Of a stretch of 64,000 nt of DNA, positions 40,788-49,511 are shown one piece after another. The translations under genes were made by a program, and so were the position numbers. The stretch comes from Syntrophorhabdaceae bacterium. GTDB taxonomy: Bacteria > Desulfobacterota > Syntrophorhabdia > Syntrophorhabdales > Syntrophorhabdaceae. The notes under the pieces were generated by a model, which saw only the letters and a program-made list of their open reading frames with translations, ran no database searches and was not told the DNA's origin. Position 1 is the first letter of the stretch. Every line of letters begins with the position of its first letter. Where the stretch lies: contig CAXXUO010000003.1 of NCBI GenBank assembly GCA_963666485.2, positions 192,001-256,000 of the forward strand, given 5' to 3'.

Positions 40788-42241
40788 TGATAACGAAGAT
40801 AATATTGACCGCAGTGATATCAGGTCTGTTGATATGTTCTGCGATGGGCCAGGAAGGACCTTCGCAATCGGGTCAGTCCCGACCGGCACCTCCTCCCCAG
40901 GCATACGACGACTGCAAAGGGAAAAGGGCCGGTGACGCGGTTCAGCACACGACCCGGGAGGGAAAGGTTGCGGCCACATGTGTAGAATCCCCCCAGGGAC
41001 TTGTCGCGAGGCCGGTGAGGCCGTCGGGCGGTCAGCAGGAAAGAAAGGAGCGGCAACCCTCCGCACAGCCCGGGCCTCAAAGCCGGGAGGGCGGGCAGAA
41101 GTATTCCATAGAGCAGGCCGTCTCCAGCCAGGCCCAGCTGCACACCATCGCCTTCAGCGGCCTTGCGTTTATGACGGGGAACTTCGGGGCCGCGACTTTT
41201 ATACCGCCGGGAAAGGTTTGCGACTTTTTTGGCTTCCAGTATATGCGGGATATCGACGTTGCCGGAAAAGGGCACAATCCGATATTTTTGAACCGGGTCG
41301 CCGGTAATGTATTGTTTGTATTGAACAGCTCCCAGCGGGCCCTGATCGAGAAATCAGCGCGCGAGGAGGCGGCGCACCTGCGCACGCTCGCGACGATGCG
41401 CTTCCCCCTTATAAAGGCGTTCTACCGGGAGCTCACCGGCGACATCCCATCGGGAAGCAAGGGACTTAGCAGGGCCGAGGTGATCCGGTACACGGGGGAG
41501 ATCTTCGCTTTCGATGCGGCTATAAGTTATAAACGGGCGCAGGTTTTTGGGCAGATCGCGTCGTCGCTGACAGGGGAACAGAAAAGTTATCTCGGCCGCA
41601 TGAAGTTCGGTAATTTCAACACGTGGCCCGAGGTTGACGTGGAAAAATATAAGCTGCCAAGAGGTACGGAAAAACTCGTCAACGTGGCGTACATGACGTA
41701 TGCCAGCGAGTTCTTCAGCTGGTACTCCGGGTCCGTCGAGGCCGATACATATTTCTGCCCGGAGAGACATGGCACCTACTTCGGGGGCTTTTACATGAAG
41801 GATATGCCGGCAATGGGCAAGCGGGATTACGATATCAGCATGTCAGTGACCGGCGACAGCGGGAGGGATTTTCTCAATACACTCACGGAAAGGCAACGGA
41901 AGAACATCACCGATATCATAGAACTGCAGCGCTCCGTCCTTCGGGAGGCCATAACCGTGCGGCGGGCCATCGCCGCGGAGTTGCGCAAGTTCTTAAGCAC
42001 AGGCAAGGCGGACAGGAGCAAGGTCGTTGCGCTGGGCCGCCGTTACGGTGAACTCGACGGCGAGATGTCGTATTACTATACCCGTGCCTTCGCGGAGGTC
42101 AACAGGACCCTGACCGGGGACCAGCGCAGGACGCTGACAAAATTGCGCGGTCTCGATGGATATACACCGGCCCCGGCTTATCTGTACTCGTCGCCGCTCA
42201 CGGAAAGCCCGAAATTGCCGGACACAGGCCGTTTCTTCTGA
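40784..42241 (+). CDS. Exported protein with the two-Cys module and Spy/CpxP-like LTxxQ motifs
   Basis: Signal peptide; PPPQAYDDC-x21-C; motifs LNSSQR, LTGEQK, LTERQR and LTGDQR. Confidence 0.75.
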   Translation: MMITKIILTAVISGLLICSAMGQEGPSQSGQSRPAPPPQAYDDCKGKRAGDAVQHTTREGKVAATCVESPQGLVARPVRPSGGQQERKERQPSAQPGPQSREGGQKYSIEQAVSSQAQLHTIAFSGLAFMTGNFGAATFIPPGKVCDFFGFQYMRDIDVAGKGHNPIFLNRVAGNVLFVLNSSQRALIEKSAREEAAHLRTLATMRFPLIKAFYRELTGDIPSGSKGLSRAEVIRYTGEIFAFDAAISYKRAQVFGQIASSLTGEQKSYLGRMKFGNFNTWPEVDVEKYKLPRGTEKLVNVAYMTYASEFFSWYSGSVEADTYFCPERHGTYFGGFYMKDMPAMGKRDYDISMSVTGDSGRDFLNTLTERQRKNITDIIELQRSVLREAITVRRAIAAELRKFLSTGKADRSKVVALGRRYGELDGEMSYYYTRAFAEVNRTLTGDQRRTLTKLRGLDGYTPAPAYLYSSPLTESPKLPDTGRFF

Positions 42242-42244
42242 AAG

Positions 42245-43387
42245 TTAGTTTTCGCCTGTTCCGCTTTCCCCGATGTTTTTCAGGAATGCCTCACGGAAGG
42301 ATTTCTCCCACTGGGAGCATATCGCGGGTTTGCGTGCCATGACCCTCCTCATGCAGAGTGAACATGACGGGTTGCACGGCACAATCGGGTCCTTGACCGC
42401 CCCTTGAGCTTTTTTCGGCCAGAGAGGGTCCGCAAAAAGCACGCGGGAAAGGCCTATCAGATCGGCTTTCCCGGTTTTCAGGATATTTTCCGCAGTCTGC
42501 GGGTTCTGGATGCGCCCCGCTGTAATGACAGGCACGGCGGGCAGGGACTTCTTGATGATCTCGGCGTACGGCGCCATGTAACCCTCAGTCTTTTCGAGGG
42601 ATACGTATGGCTCTGCCGGGAAGGATTCGTGCGTCCCGATCATGACGGAGAGGTAGGATATTCCCAATTTTGTGAGGTCCTCTGCGAACGGGATGGCCTC
42701 GTCGATCACGAGCCCGTCCGGAAGACATTCGCTCGCCAGGAACCTGTACCCGACGGGAAAATCCTTGCCGACTGCCGCCAGTACTGCCTCGGCCACTTCA
42801 AGGGGAAATCTCCTCCGTTTTTCAGGGTCGCCGCCGTACATATCCGCTCGCCTGTTCGTCCTCGGGGAGACAAACTGCGACAGGAGGTAACCTGTTCCGC
42901 CATGAAGCTCGACCCCGTCGAAACCGGCGCTTTGGCCGCGGACGGCAGCCCGGACGAAGCATTGTATGGTATCCCGGATATCTTCCACCGTCATTTCCCG
43001 GGGGGTGACATCCCCGACAGGCACAGGTGAAGGGGCGAGCCTTTCAGGAACATAAGCAAATCTCCCGGCGTGATTGAACTGAATAAACGCGAGGGCACCC
43101 TCGGCATGGATGACCCTGGCAAGCTCTTTGAGGCCCGCGAGATACCGGTCTTCGTCTGCCCTCAGCATGAACGTTGAACCAAGGCCTGACGGGTGAATAC
43201 CGGTGTTCTCGACGACGATAAGGGCAGCTCCCGACCTTGCCATGGTCCTGTAATGGTCGAGCATGAGGTCGCTTACCGTACCGTCGCTGTTGCCGAAGCC
43301 GAGATACGTGGGCGCCATGGTGATCCGGTTGGAGAGCGTGAGGGTCCCGAGTTTGAACGGTGTGAACAGAACTGACCGGTTTTCCAT
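42245..43387 (-). CDS. NADH:flavin oxidoreductase (old yellow enzyme family)
   Basis: Motifs NRITMAP, QFNHAGR, AGFDGVELHGGTGYLLSQF, NRRADMYGG and C-terminal CNPSCSLC. Confidence 0.92.
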   Translation of the reverse strand: MENRSVLFTPFKLGTLTLSNRITMAPTYLGFGNSDGTVSDLMLDHYRTMARSGAALIVVENTGIHPSGLGSTFMLRADEDRYLAGLKELARVIHAEGALAFIQFNHAGRFAYVPERLAPSPVPVGDVTPREMTVEDIRDTIQCFVRAAVRGQSAGFDGVELHGGTGYLLSQFVSPRTNRRADMYGGDPEKRRRFPLEVAEAVLAAVGKDFPVGYRFLASECLPDGLVIDEAIPFAEDLTKLGISYLSVMIGTHESFPAEPYVSLEKTEGYMAPYAEIIKKSLPAVPVITAGRIQNPQTAENILKTGKADLIGLSRVLFADPLWPKKAQGAVKDPIVPCNPSCSLCMRRVMARKPAICSQWEKSFREAFLKNIGESGTGEN

Positions 43388-43533
43388 GTTTGATTCCTCC
43401 GTTTGCCAGGGGGGTGGTATATACACAGGCAGTATATCATCGACAGTCCCGCCGCGCAATAAAGCGAAATTGACAAAGGTCCGCGAATAAGGGCATGATA
43501 CTTTATTTTAGGGCCGTAAGGAGGAGGACCACG

Positions 43534-44004
43534 ATGGATCAAAAAGCATTTCAGGAATACTATGCCGACGATGTCAGTCATTGCTATGGCTGCGGCCGGC
43601 TGAACCCGGAAGGGCTTCATATAAAGAGCTACTGGGATGGAGAGGAGTCCGTGGCAAGGTTTACCCCGCAGCCATATCATATCGCTGTACCGGGTTTTGT
43701 CTACGGCGGTACCCTGGCGTCCCTTATCGACTGCCATGGAACGGGAACGGCAGCAGCCGCAACGTACCGGCGCGAGGGACGTTCAATGGATTCGGAGCCG
43801 AACCTCCGGTTTGTAACGGCATCCCTGCATGTCGAATACATTTTGCCCACGCCTCTTGGTGTCGAACTGGAAGCAAGGGGAAAGATCAGGGACCTCGGGG
43901 AGCGCAGGGTTGCCGTGAGCATCGAGGTCACAGCGGATGGCAGGGTGTGCGCTCGGGGGGAGGTCGTCGCTGTCAGGATACCCGGGACAATGAAGCTGAC
44001 GTAA
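43534..44004 (+). CDS. PaaI-family hotdog-fold thioesterase
   Basis: Motifs CYGCG..N..GL, YGG.LASLIDCH and VTASLHVEY..PTP; strong RBS. Confidence 0.88.
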   Translation: MDQKAFQEYYADDVSHCYGCGRLNPEGLHIKSYWDGEESVARFTPQPYHIAVPGFVYGGTLASLIDCHGTGTAAAATYRREGRSMDSEPNLRFVTASLHVEYILPTPLGVELEARGKIRDLGERRVAVSIEVTADGRVCARGEVVAVRIPGTMKLT

Positions 44005-44035
44005 GCTTAATACGTTCTCGGGCAGTTCGTACGGG

Positions 44036-44290
44036 TTATCTATATCCGCCTTTGATCCTGTCGACAGATATCATCTTGTGCGGGTCGATCTTGATCCTGT
44101 CTTTTACGAGCCCGTTGAAATCGCGGACAATGAGCGTCCCGCCGCCTTCTTTATGGAGCATCATCTTGGCCGACACTATCGCGGCAAGCTGCGTATAATA
44201 TACGCTCGACGGTTCATCGGCATATTCGATCTTATTCACCCATCCGCCGCACCTTTCCTTGTAGACAACCCTGTTGACAGGTATGCTCAT
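44036..44290 (-). CDS. DUF2188-like small protein
   Basis: Pattern GGW...YYTQLAAIVSAK...GGG.LIV...G.VKD; AAGGAGG RBS. Confidence 0.65.
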   Translation of the reverse strand: MSIPVNRVVYKERCGGWVNKIEYADEPSSVYYTQLAAIVSAKMMLHKEGGGTLIVRDFNGLVKDRIKIDPHKMISVDRIKGGYR

Positions 44291-44518
44291 GTTCGCCCTC
44301 CTTATATTAATGAAGATACCCGATTACAAAGGTATACTCTGTCCTCACAGAGGAGAAAAAACATGACGCATTTCTGATGACGGACCGTATATTCGAAATG
44401 GCCCGAACCCGAAGGATGCGTTCGCAGGGCGGGAAAATTCCCCAACACGGAAAATGAAAAAAATTATCTCTATGAATTCCTTGTCCCGGTCGCTCACTTT
44501 TCGGTATAATCGAATCGA

Positions 44519-47500
44519 ATGAAGCTCGTGCAGACCATAATGTTCCGGCTCAAAACCGCCTGGCGGCCGCTTCTGGCCGGGGCGCTCCTGTGTGTATTTG
44601 TAAGCGTCATAGTCAGCAACCTGAACAGGCAGGAGGACGAAAGCCTGCAGAATGAGGTCAGGACGGAAGCTGAGAACCTGGCAGGCCATATAAAAGCCGA
44701 TTTGAGAAACCGCTCCTTGGTACTGCAGAGAATGGCAAAAAAATGGGATGTCCGGGATACAGTATCGAGAAAAGAATTCACCGATGATGCCGAGGGATAT
44801 CTTTCCCACGATCCGGGTTTTCAGGCGCTCGAATGGGCAGACAGTTCCTTTGTCGTTCGCTGGATCGTCCCCGTGGCAGGGAATGAACGGGCGCAAAACA
44901 TGAACCTTGCGTTTGAAGACAACCGGAGGATGGCCCTGGAAAAGGCACGGGACACACAGGCCCCGGCCGCCACCATGCCGGTCGACCTGGTCCAGGGAGG
45001 GAAGGGCTTCCTGGTTTTTTTTCCTGTTTATGCGCATGACCGTTTTAAGGGTATCGTCGCTGCCGTTTTCAGGGTTGACGAATGGGTGAAGTACGCCTTG
45101 AGCTTTGACGAGTTAGGGAGATCCGACAAGTTCCTCATTTCCCTCCACCTTGACGGACAGCCGATCTTCAAACAGGCTAACTGGAATGATTCCCGCAACG
45201 CCGCATACGGCTCGACAGTCGAAACATTGGTTTTTGACCGCCGGCTGACGCTTTATATCCGGCCGACTGACGCGTTCATCAGTCAGGGCAGAAGTGTCCT
45301 GCCGAAATTCACTGCCGTATTCGGGTTTCTCGTATCCATTCTCCTGACGTATATCCTGCATCTGCTGGTCGAGCGCAAAAAAGCGGCAGACGAGTTGAAT
45401 GAAACACTGTCCCGGATCCAGCTTCTTCTCGATTCCACGGCCGAAGCGATATACGGCATCGACCTTGATGGCAACTGCTCCTTCGCGAACCCTTCGTGCC
45501 TGAGAATGCTTGGTTTTCAGGCTATTGACCAATTACTGGGGAAGAACATGCATGGCCTCATTCATCACTCCTATCCTGACGGGCGGCCGATGCGCGCCGA
45601 AGAATGCCACATATTCAAGGCCTTCCGTGAAGGAGTAGGAGTGCATTGTGATGACGAGGTCTTTTTCAGGTACGACGGGACGAGCTTTCCGGTCGAATAC
45701 TGGTCGTATCCGCAGATCGAAAATGGTGTGGTACGGGGTGCCGTCGTCACGTTCAACGATATTACCGAGCGTAAGATGGCCGAAGATAAATTGCGTGCCG
45801 GTGAAGAGCGTCTCAGGAACATTACGGATGCGGCCCGGGATGCCATAATAATGATAGATCACCGCGGAACAATTTCCTTTTGGAACCCTGCGGCGGAAAA
45901 CATCTTCGGGTACACGGCTGATGAGGCGATCGGACAGGACCTGCATGAACTTATTGTGCCTGAACGCTACAGAGATGCCTATCGCACGGGATTTGTCGAA
46001 TTTCAGCGCACGGGTCGCGGTGATGTGGTCGGTACGACGCGGGACCTTTCTGCCCGGCGAAAGAATGGCCAGGAGATACCGGTCGCTTTGTCGATGTCGG
46101 CGCTCCGGCAAGAGGGTGCGTGGCACGCAGTCGGGGTCATCCGTGACGTGACGGTCCAGAAACAGGCCGAAGAGGCCCTTCAGGAAGCGAAAAAATTAGC
46201 GGAAGCAGCAAACCTGGCAAAAAGCGATTTTCTTTCGACGATGAGCCACGAGATCCGCACCCCGATGAATGCCATTATCGGGATGGCGGAGCTCCTCGCG
46301 GAAACAACGCTTACCCCGGAGCAGGCAAGGTATGTCGAAGTCTTTAAGACTGCGGGGGAGAACCTGCTCAGCATTTTGAATGATATACTGGACCTGTCGA
46401 AGATAGAGGCCGGCCGGATAGATGTCGAGTCGGTGGCATTTGATCTCGAGGACCTTGTTGAAAAGACATGCCAGGTAATGGCGCTCAAGGCTGGACAGAA
46501 AGGCCTTGAATTCATGTGCCACATTTTTCCGGGTGTACCGGTCGATCTTATGGGGGACCCCGCCCGTTTAAGGCAGGTCCTTGTCAATCTGATCGGAAAC
46601 GCGATCAAATTCACAGAACAGGGTGAGGTCGTCCTGGAGATAAAGAATGACCCTTCCCGGAAGGAAAATGGCAGGGCTGCCCTGACGTTTACTGTCCGGG
46701 ATTCGGGGATAGGGATCCCTGCAGACAAGATCGATACAATATTTGATAAATTTTCCCAGGCCGACTCATCCACCACGCGCAAATATGGCGGAACGGGTCT
46801 CGGATTGCCTATATCCCGCCAGCTTGTCCAACTGATGGGCGGGGACCTGTCTGTGAAAAGCCGGCCGGGCGGAGGGGCGCAGTTCTTCTTCACCCTGTCC
46901 TTTCCCGTTGAAACCAGACCCGTGGGAAAAAAGGAAGCAGGCCGGGGACTCGATACCCGTGCTATGCGGGCCCTCGTAATCGACGACAACGAGACTAACC
47001 GGATCATAGTCAGGGAACTGCTGACCGCCTGGGGATTTGATGTGTCCGAGGCCGAAGGCGGCAGGGCAGGCATAGGGATGCTGAAGGCCGCTGAGGGATC
47101 GGGGATGCCATATGACCTCGTCATTCTCGATTACCTTATGCCGGATATGGACGGGATCGCGGTCGTGCAGGAGATAAGGGATGATGCCTCACTCGATCAG
47201 CTGCCCGTCATCATGCTGACCTCAGACCCGGCGGTCCCGCTATCCAAAAGGTTCACGGGACGGGGTATCAACGCGTGTATATCGAAACCGGTTAGGCGTT
47301 CGGAGCTGAAGGAGACAATAAAGAAGGCCCTCGATCGGGACAAGGCTGGTGTGAAAAAGATCGGGCCCGCAGGAATTGACGCGGCCGGGGAAGATGTGCC
47401 CCTCAACATTCTTCTTGTCGACGATTCTGAAGACAACCGCCTCCTTGTCAGTTCGTATCTCAAGCAGTACCCCTATACGATCGAGGTCGCCGTCAACGGG

Positions 47501-47773
47501 CTTGAAGCGGTGGAGCATTTCAAAAGCGGGAAATACAACATAGTCCTTATGGATATGCAGATGCCGGTCATGGATGGTTACACGGCGATGAAAGAGATAC
47601 GGTCGTGGGAAAGGCAAAGCGGGTTCGAGCGGACGCCGATCGTTGCCCTCACTGCGTACGCACTGCAGGAAGAAATGCAGAAAAGCCTCGATGCGGGATG
47701 CGATACGCATTTGACGAAGCCTGTAAAGAAGGCGACACTTGTGGAGACCATCCGGACATATGCAAGGATATAG
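44519..47773 (+). CDS. CHASE-domain hybrid sensor kinase (CHASE, two PAS, HisKA, HATPase, two REC)
   Basis: CHASE motif LVQGGKGFLVFFPVY, H-box MSHEIRTPMN, YGGTGLGL and two receiver domains. Confidence 0.93.
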   Translation: MKLVQTIMFRLKTAWRPLLAGALLCVFVSVIVSNLNRQEDESLQNEVRTEAENLAGHIKADLRNRSLVLQRMAKKWDVRDTVSRKEFTDDAEGYLSHDPGFQALEWADSSFVVRWIVPVAGNERAQNMNLAFEDNRRMALEKARDTQAPAATMPVDLVQGGKGFLVFFPVYAHDRFKGIVAAVFRVDEWVKYALSFDELGRSDKFLISLHLDGQPIFKQANWNDSRNAAYGSTVETLVFDRRLTLYIRPTDAFISQGRSVLPKFTAVFGFLVSILLTYILHLLVERKKAADELNETLSRIQLLLDSTAEAIYGIDLDGNCSFANPSCLRMLGFQAIDQLLGKNMHGLIHHSYPDGRPMRAEECHIFKAFREGVGVHCDDEVFFRYDGTSFPVEYWSYPQIENGVVRGAVVTFNDITERKMAEDKLRAGEERLRNITDAARDAIIMIDHRGTISFWNPAAENIFGYTADEAIGQDLHELIVPERYRDAYRTGFVEFQRTGRGDVVGTTRDLSARRKNGQEIPVALSMSALRQEGAWHAVGVIRDVTVQKQAEEALQEAKKLAEAANLAKSDFLSTMSHEIRTPMNAIIGMAELLAETTLTPEQARYVEVFKTAGENLLSILNDILDLSKIEAGRIDVESVAFDLEDLVEKTCQVMALKAGQKGLEFMCHIFPGVPVDLMGDPARLRQVLVNLIGNAIKFTEQGEVVLEIKNDPSRKENGRAALTFTVRDSGIGIPADKIDTIFDKFSQADSSTTRKYGGTGLGLPISRQLVQLMGGDLSVKSRPGGGAQFFFTLSFPVETRPVGKKEAGRGLDTRAMRALVIDDNETNRIIVRELLTAWGFDVSEAEGGRAGIGMLKAAEGSGMPYDLVILDYLMPDMDGIAVVQEIRDDASLDQLPVIMLTSDPAVPLSKRFTGRGINACISKPVRRSELKETIKKALDRDKAGVKKIGPAGIDAAGEDVPLNILLVDDSEDNRLLVSSYLKQYPYTIEVAVNGLEAVEHFKSGKYNIVLMDMQMPVMDGYTAMKEIRSWERQSGFERTPIVALTAYALQEEMQKSLDAGCDTHLTKPVKKATLVETIRTYARI

Positions 47774-47962
47774 AAGCGCCTGTCGGTCACTGCCCAGGGT
47801 CGAGTCCGGGTGAGCACCTGCCCGTCAGAAAGTGCGGGGTTGATACCCGCATTATTACCCCAATAAATTGACTCGAATGACGTTATACAATGTGTTATAT
47901 CTATTATTCTTCAATAAATAATTCAATTTCTTGAATATGACGTTCAAAGCTAATCTCAGCCG

Positions 47963-49321
47963 GTGGTGCTCTTGACAGCAAATAAGTCTGATCGTACAAA
48001 GGAAAATGAACTGCAGGCCATTGCCCTGCTCCGCAAGGAAAGAGACCTGAGGACCACGATCGTGGACACTTCGATCGACGGCATCCTGGTGGTTGACGGC
48101 GATGGCGCAGTGCTGGCTTACAACCGGCAATTCGTTAAAATATGGAAGATCCCCCATGATGTCCTCCGAACAGGAAGAGATGAGAAGTTGATCGAAGAGG
48201 TCAGGGACAGGTTCACGGACCCGGAAAAATTTACGGAAAAAGTAAAATGGCTCTACGACAATGTGCAGGAAACAAGCCGCGACGAGATCCATCTTGTCGA
48301 CGGCCGTGTTCTTGACAGGTACTCGGCCCCTGCTATCGGGAATGACGGAAAATATTACGGGCGGGTCTGGTACTTCCGTGACATGACAGGGCGAAAAGAG
48401 CTTGAAAATGAATTGAAGGCCCACCGGGACCATCTCGGGGCCCTTGTTGCCAGGCGCACCGCCGAGATACGGCAGGAGGTGATGCGGCGGACGAGAAAAG
48501 AGGAACAATATCTTTCCCTCATAGAATCGATCATTGAATGGGTGTGGGAAGTGAATACACGCTTCATTCATACCTACTTAAGCCCGCGCATATTCGACGT
48601 CCTCGGATATATGCCCGATGAGCTTGTCGGGAAAAGCCCGGCATACATAATGCCTGAAGATGAAAAGAAAAGGGCCATGCCCCTCATCCGGGGGGTCATG
48701 GCGCGGAAAGAAAGCTTCATAGCGTTTCAAACGGTGCATGTGCATAAAAACGGCCGGCATATCATCGTAGAGGCCAATGGCAAGCCCTTTTATGATCCAC
48801 GCGGCAAATTGATGGGGTACAGGGGCAGTGCGCGGGATATAACAGAACAGAAGAAAATGCTCGACGCCCTGATGGAACGGGAGGCCGATCTGGTAGCAAA
48901 ATCGCAGAGCCTCGAAGATGCCAATTCCGCGCTGCGCGTTCTCCTGAAACAAAGAGAAGATGACAGAAGAGAACTCGAGCAGAGATTTATATCGAATGTC
49001 CGAGAAATGATCCATCCCTACGTGGAAAAAATGCAAAAACGAAAACTCGAACCGCAGTCCCGGGCCTGTGTCGACATTATTGCAGCCAATCTGGACGAGC
49101 TGACCTCACCTTTTATCGGGAATATCAGGCATCTCAGTTTTACCCCGCGGGAGATCGAAGTGGCCAACCTGATACGCGACGGTAAAACCACGAAAGAGAT
49201 AGCGGAGATTGTCGGCATCGCCCCCAGCGCCGTGCATTCCCATCGCGATAATATCAGAAAAAAACTGGGATTGACCGGGCAAACTGCCAATCTCAGGCTT
49301 CATTTGCAGAACCTGAAATAA
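47963..49321 (+). CDS. PAS-domain LuxR-family regulator, paralog of 28566-30800 (start uncertain)
   Basis: Two PAS domains and a LuxR HTH (FTPREIEVANLIRDGKTTKEIA). Confidence 0.87.
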   Translation: MVLLTANKSDRTKENELQAIALLRKERDLRTTIVDTSIDGILVVDGDGAVLAYNRQFVKIWKIPHDVLRTGRDEKLIEEVRDRFTDPEKFTEKVKWLYDNVQETSRDEIHLVDGRVLDRYSAPAIGNDGKYYGRVWYFRDMTGRKELENELKAHRDHLGALVARRTAEIRQEVMRRTRKEEQYLSLIESIIEWVWEVNTRFIHTYLSPRIFDVLGYMPDELVGKSPAYIMPEDEKKRAMPLIRGVMARKESFIAFQTVHVHKNGRHIIVEANGKPFYDPRGKLMGYRGSARDITEQKKMLDALMEREADLVAKSQSLEDANSALRVLLKQREDDRRELEQRFISNVREMIHPYVEKMQKRKLEPQSRACVDIIAANLDELTSPFIGNIRHLSFTPREIEVANLIRDGKTTKEIAEIVGIAPSAVHSHRDNIRKKLGLTGQTANLRLHLQNLK

Positions 49322-49442
49322 TAATTCAAAGTTCAACTTCAAGGTTCAACGCAAACGACCCATCCTTTAAACTCCAACATTTTCTGCAGGATTATTTTTT
49401 TTGTCATTCTTTTAGCGTGGAACGTGGAGCAATATTTCGCTT

Positions 49443-49469
49443 TAAGTAAATCCCGTCTCTGAACGATAA
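49443..49469 (+). promoter_or_regulatory. Candidate sigma-28 promoter
   Basis: TAAGTAAA-N11-AACGATAA lies upstream of the second chemotaxis block and resembles the site at 23451. Confidence 0.35.
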
Positions 49470-49511
49470 ATAGGGAGATGAGTATAAATTCATGCTTCAC
49501 ATGGGAGCATA

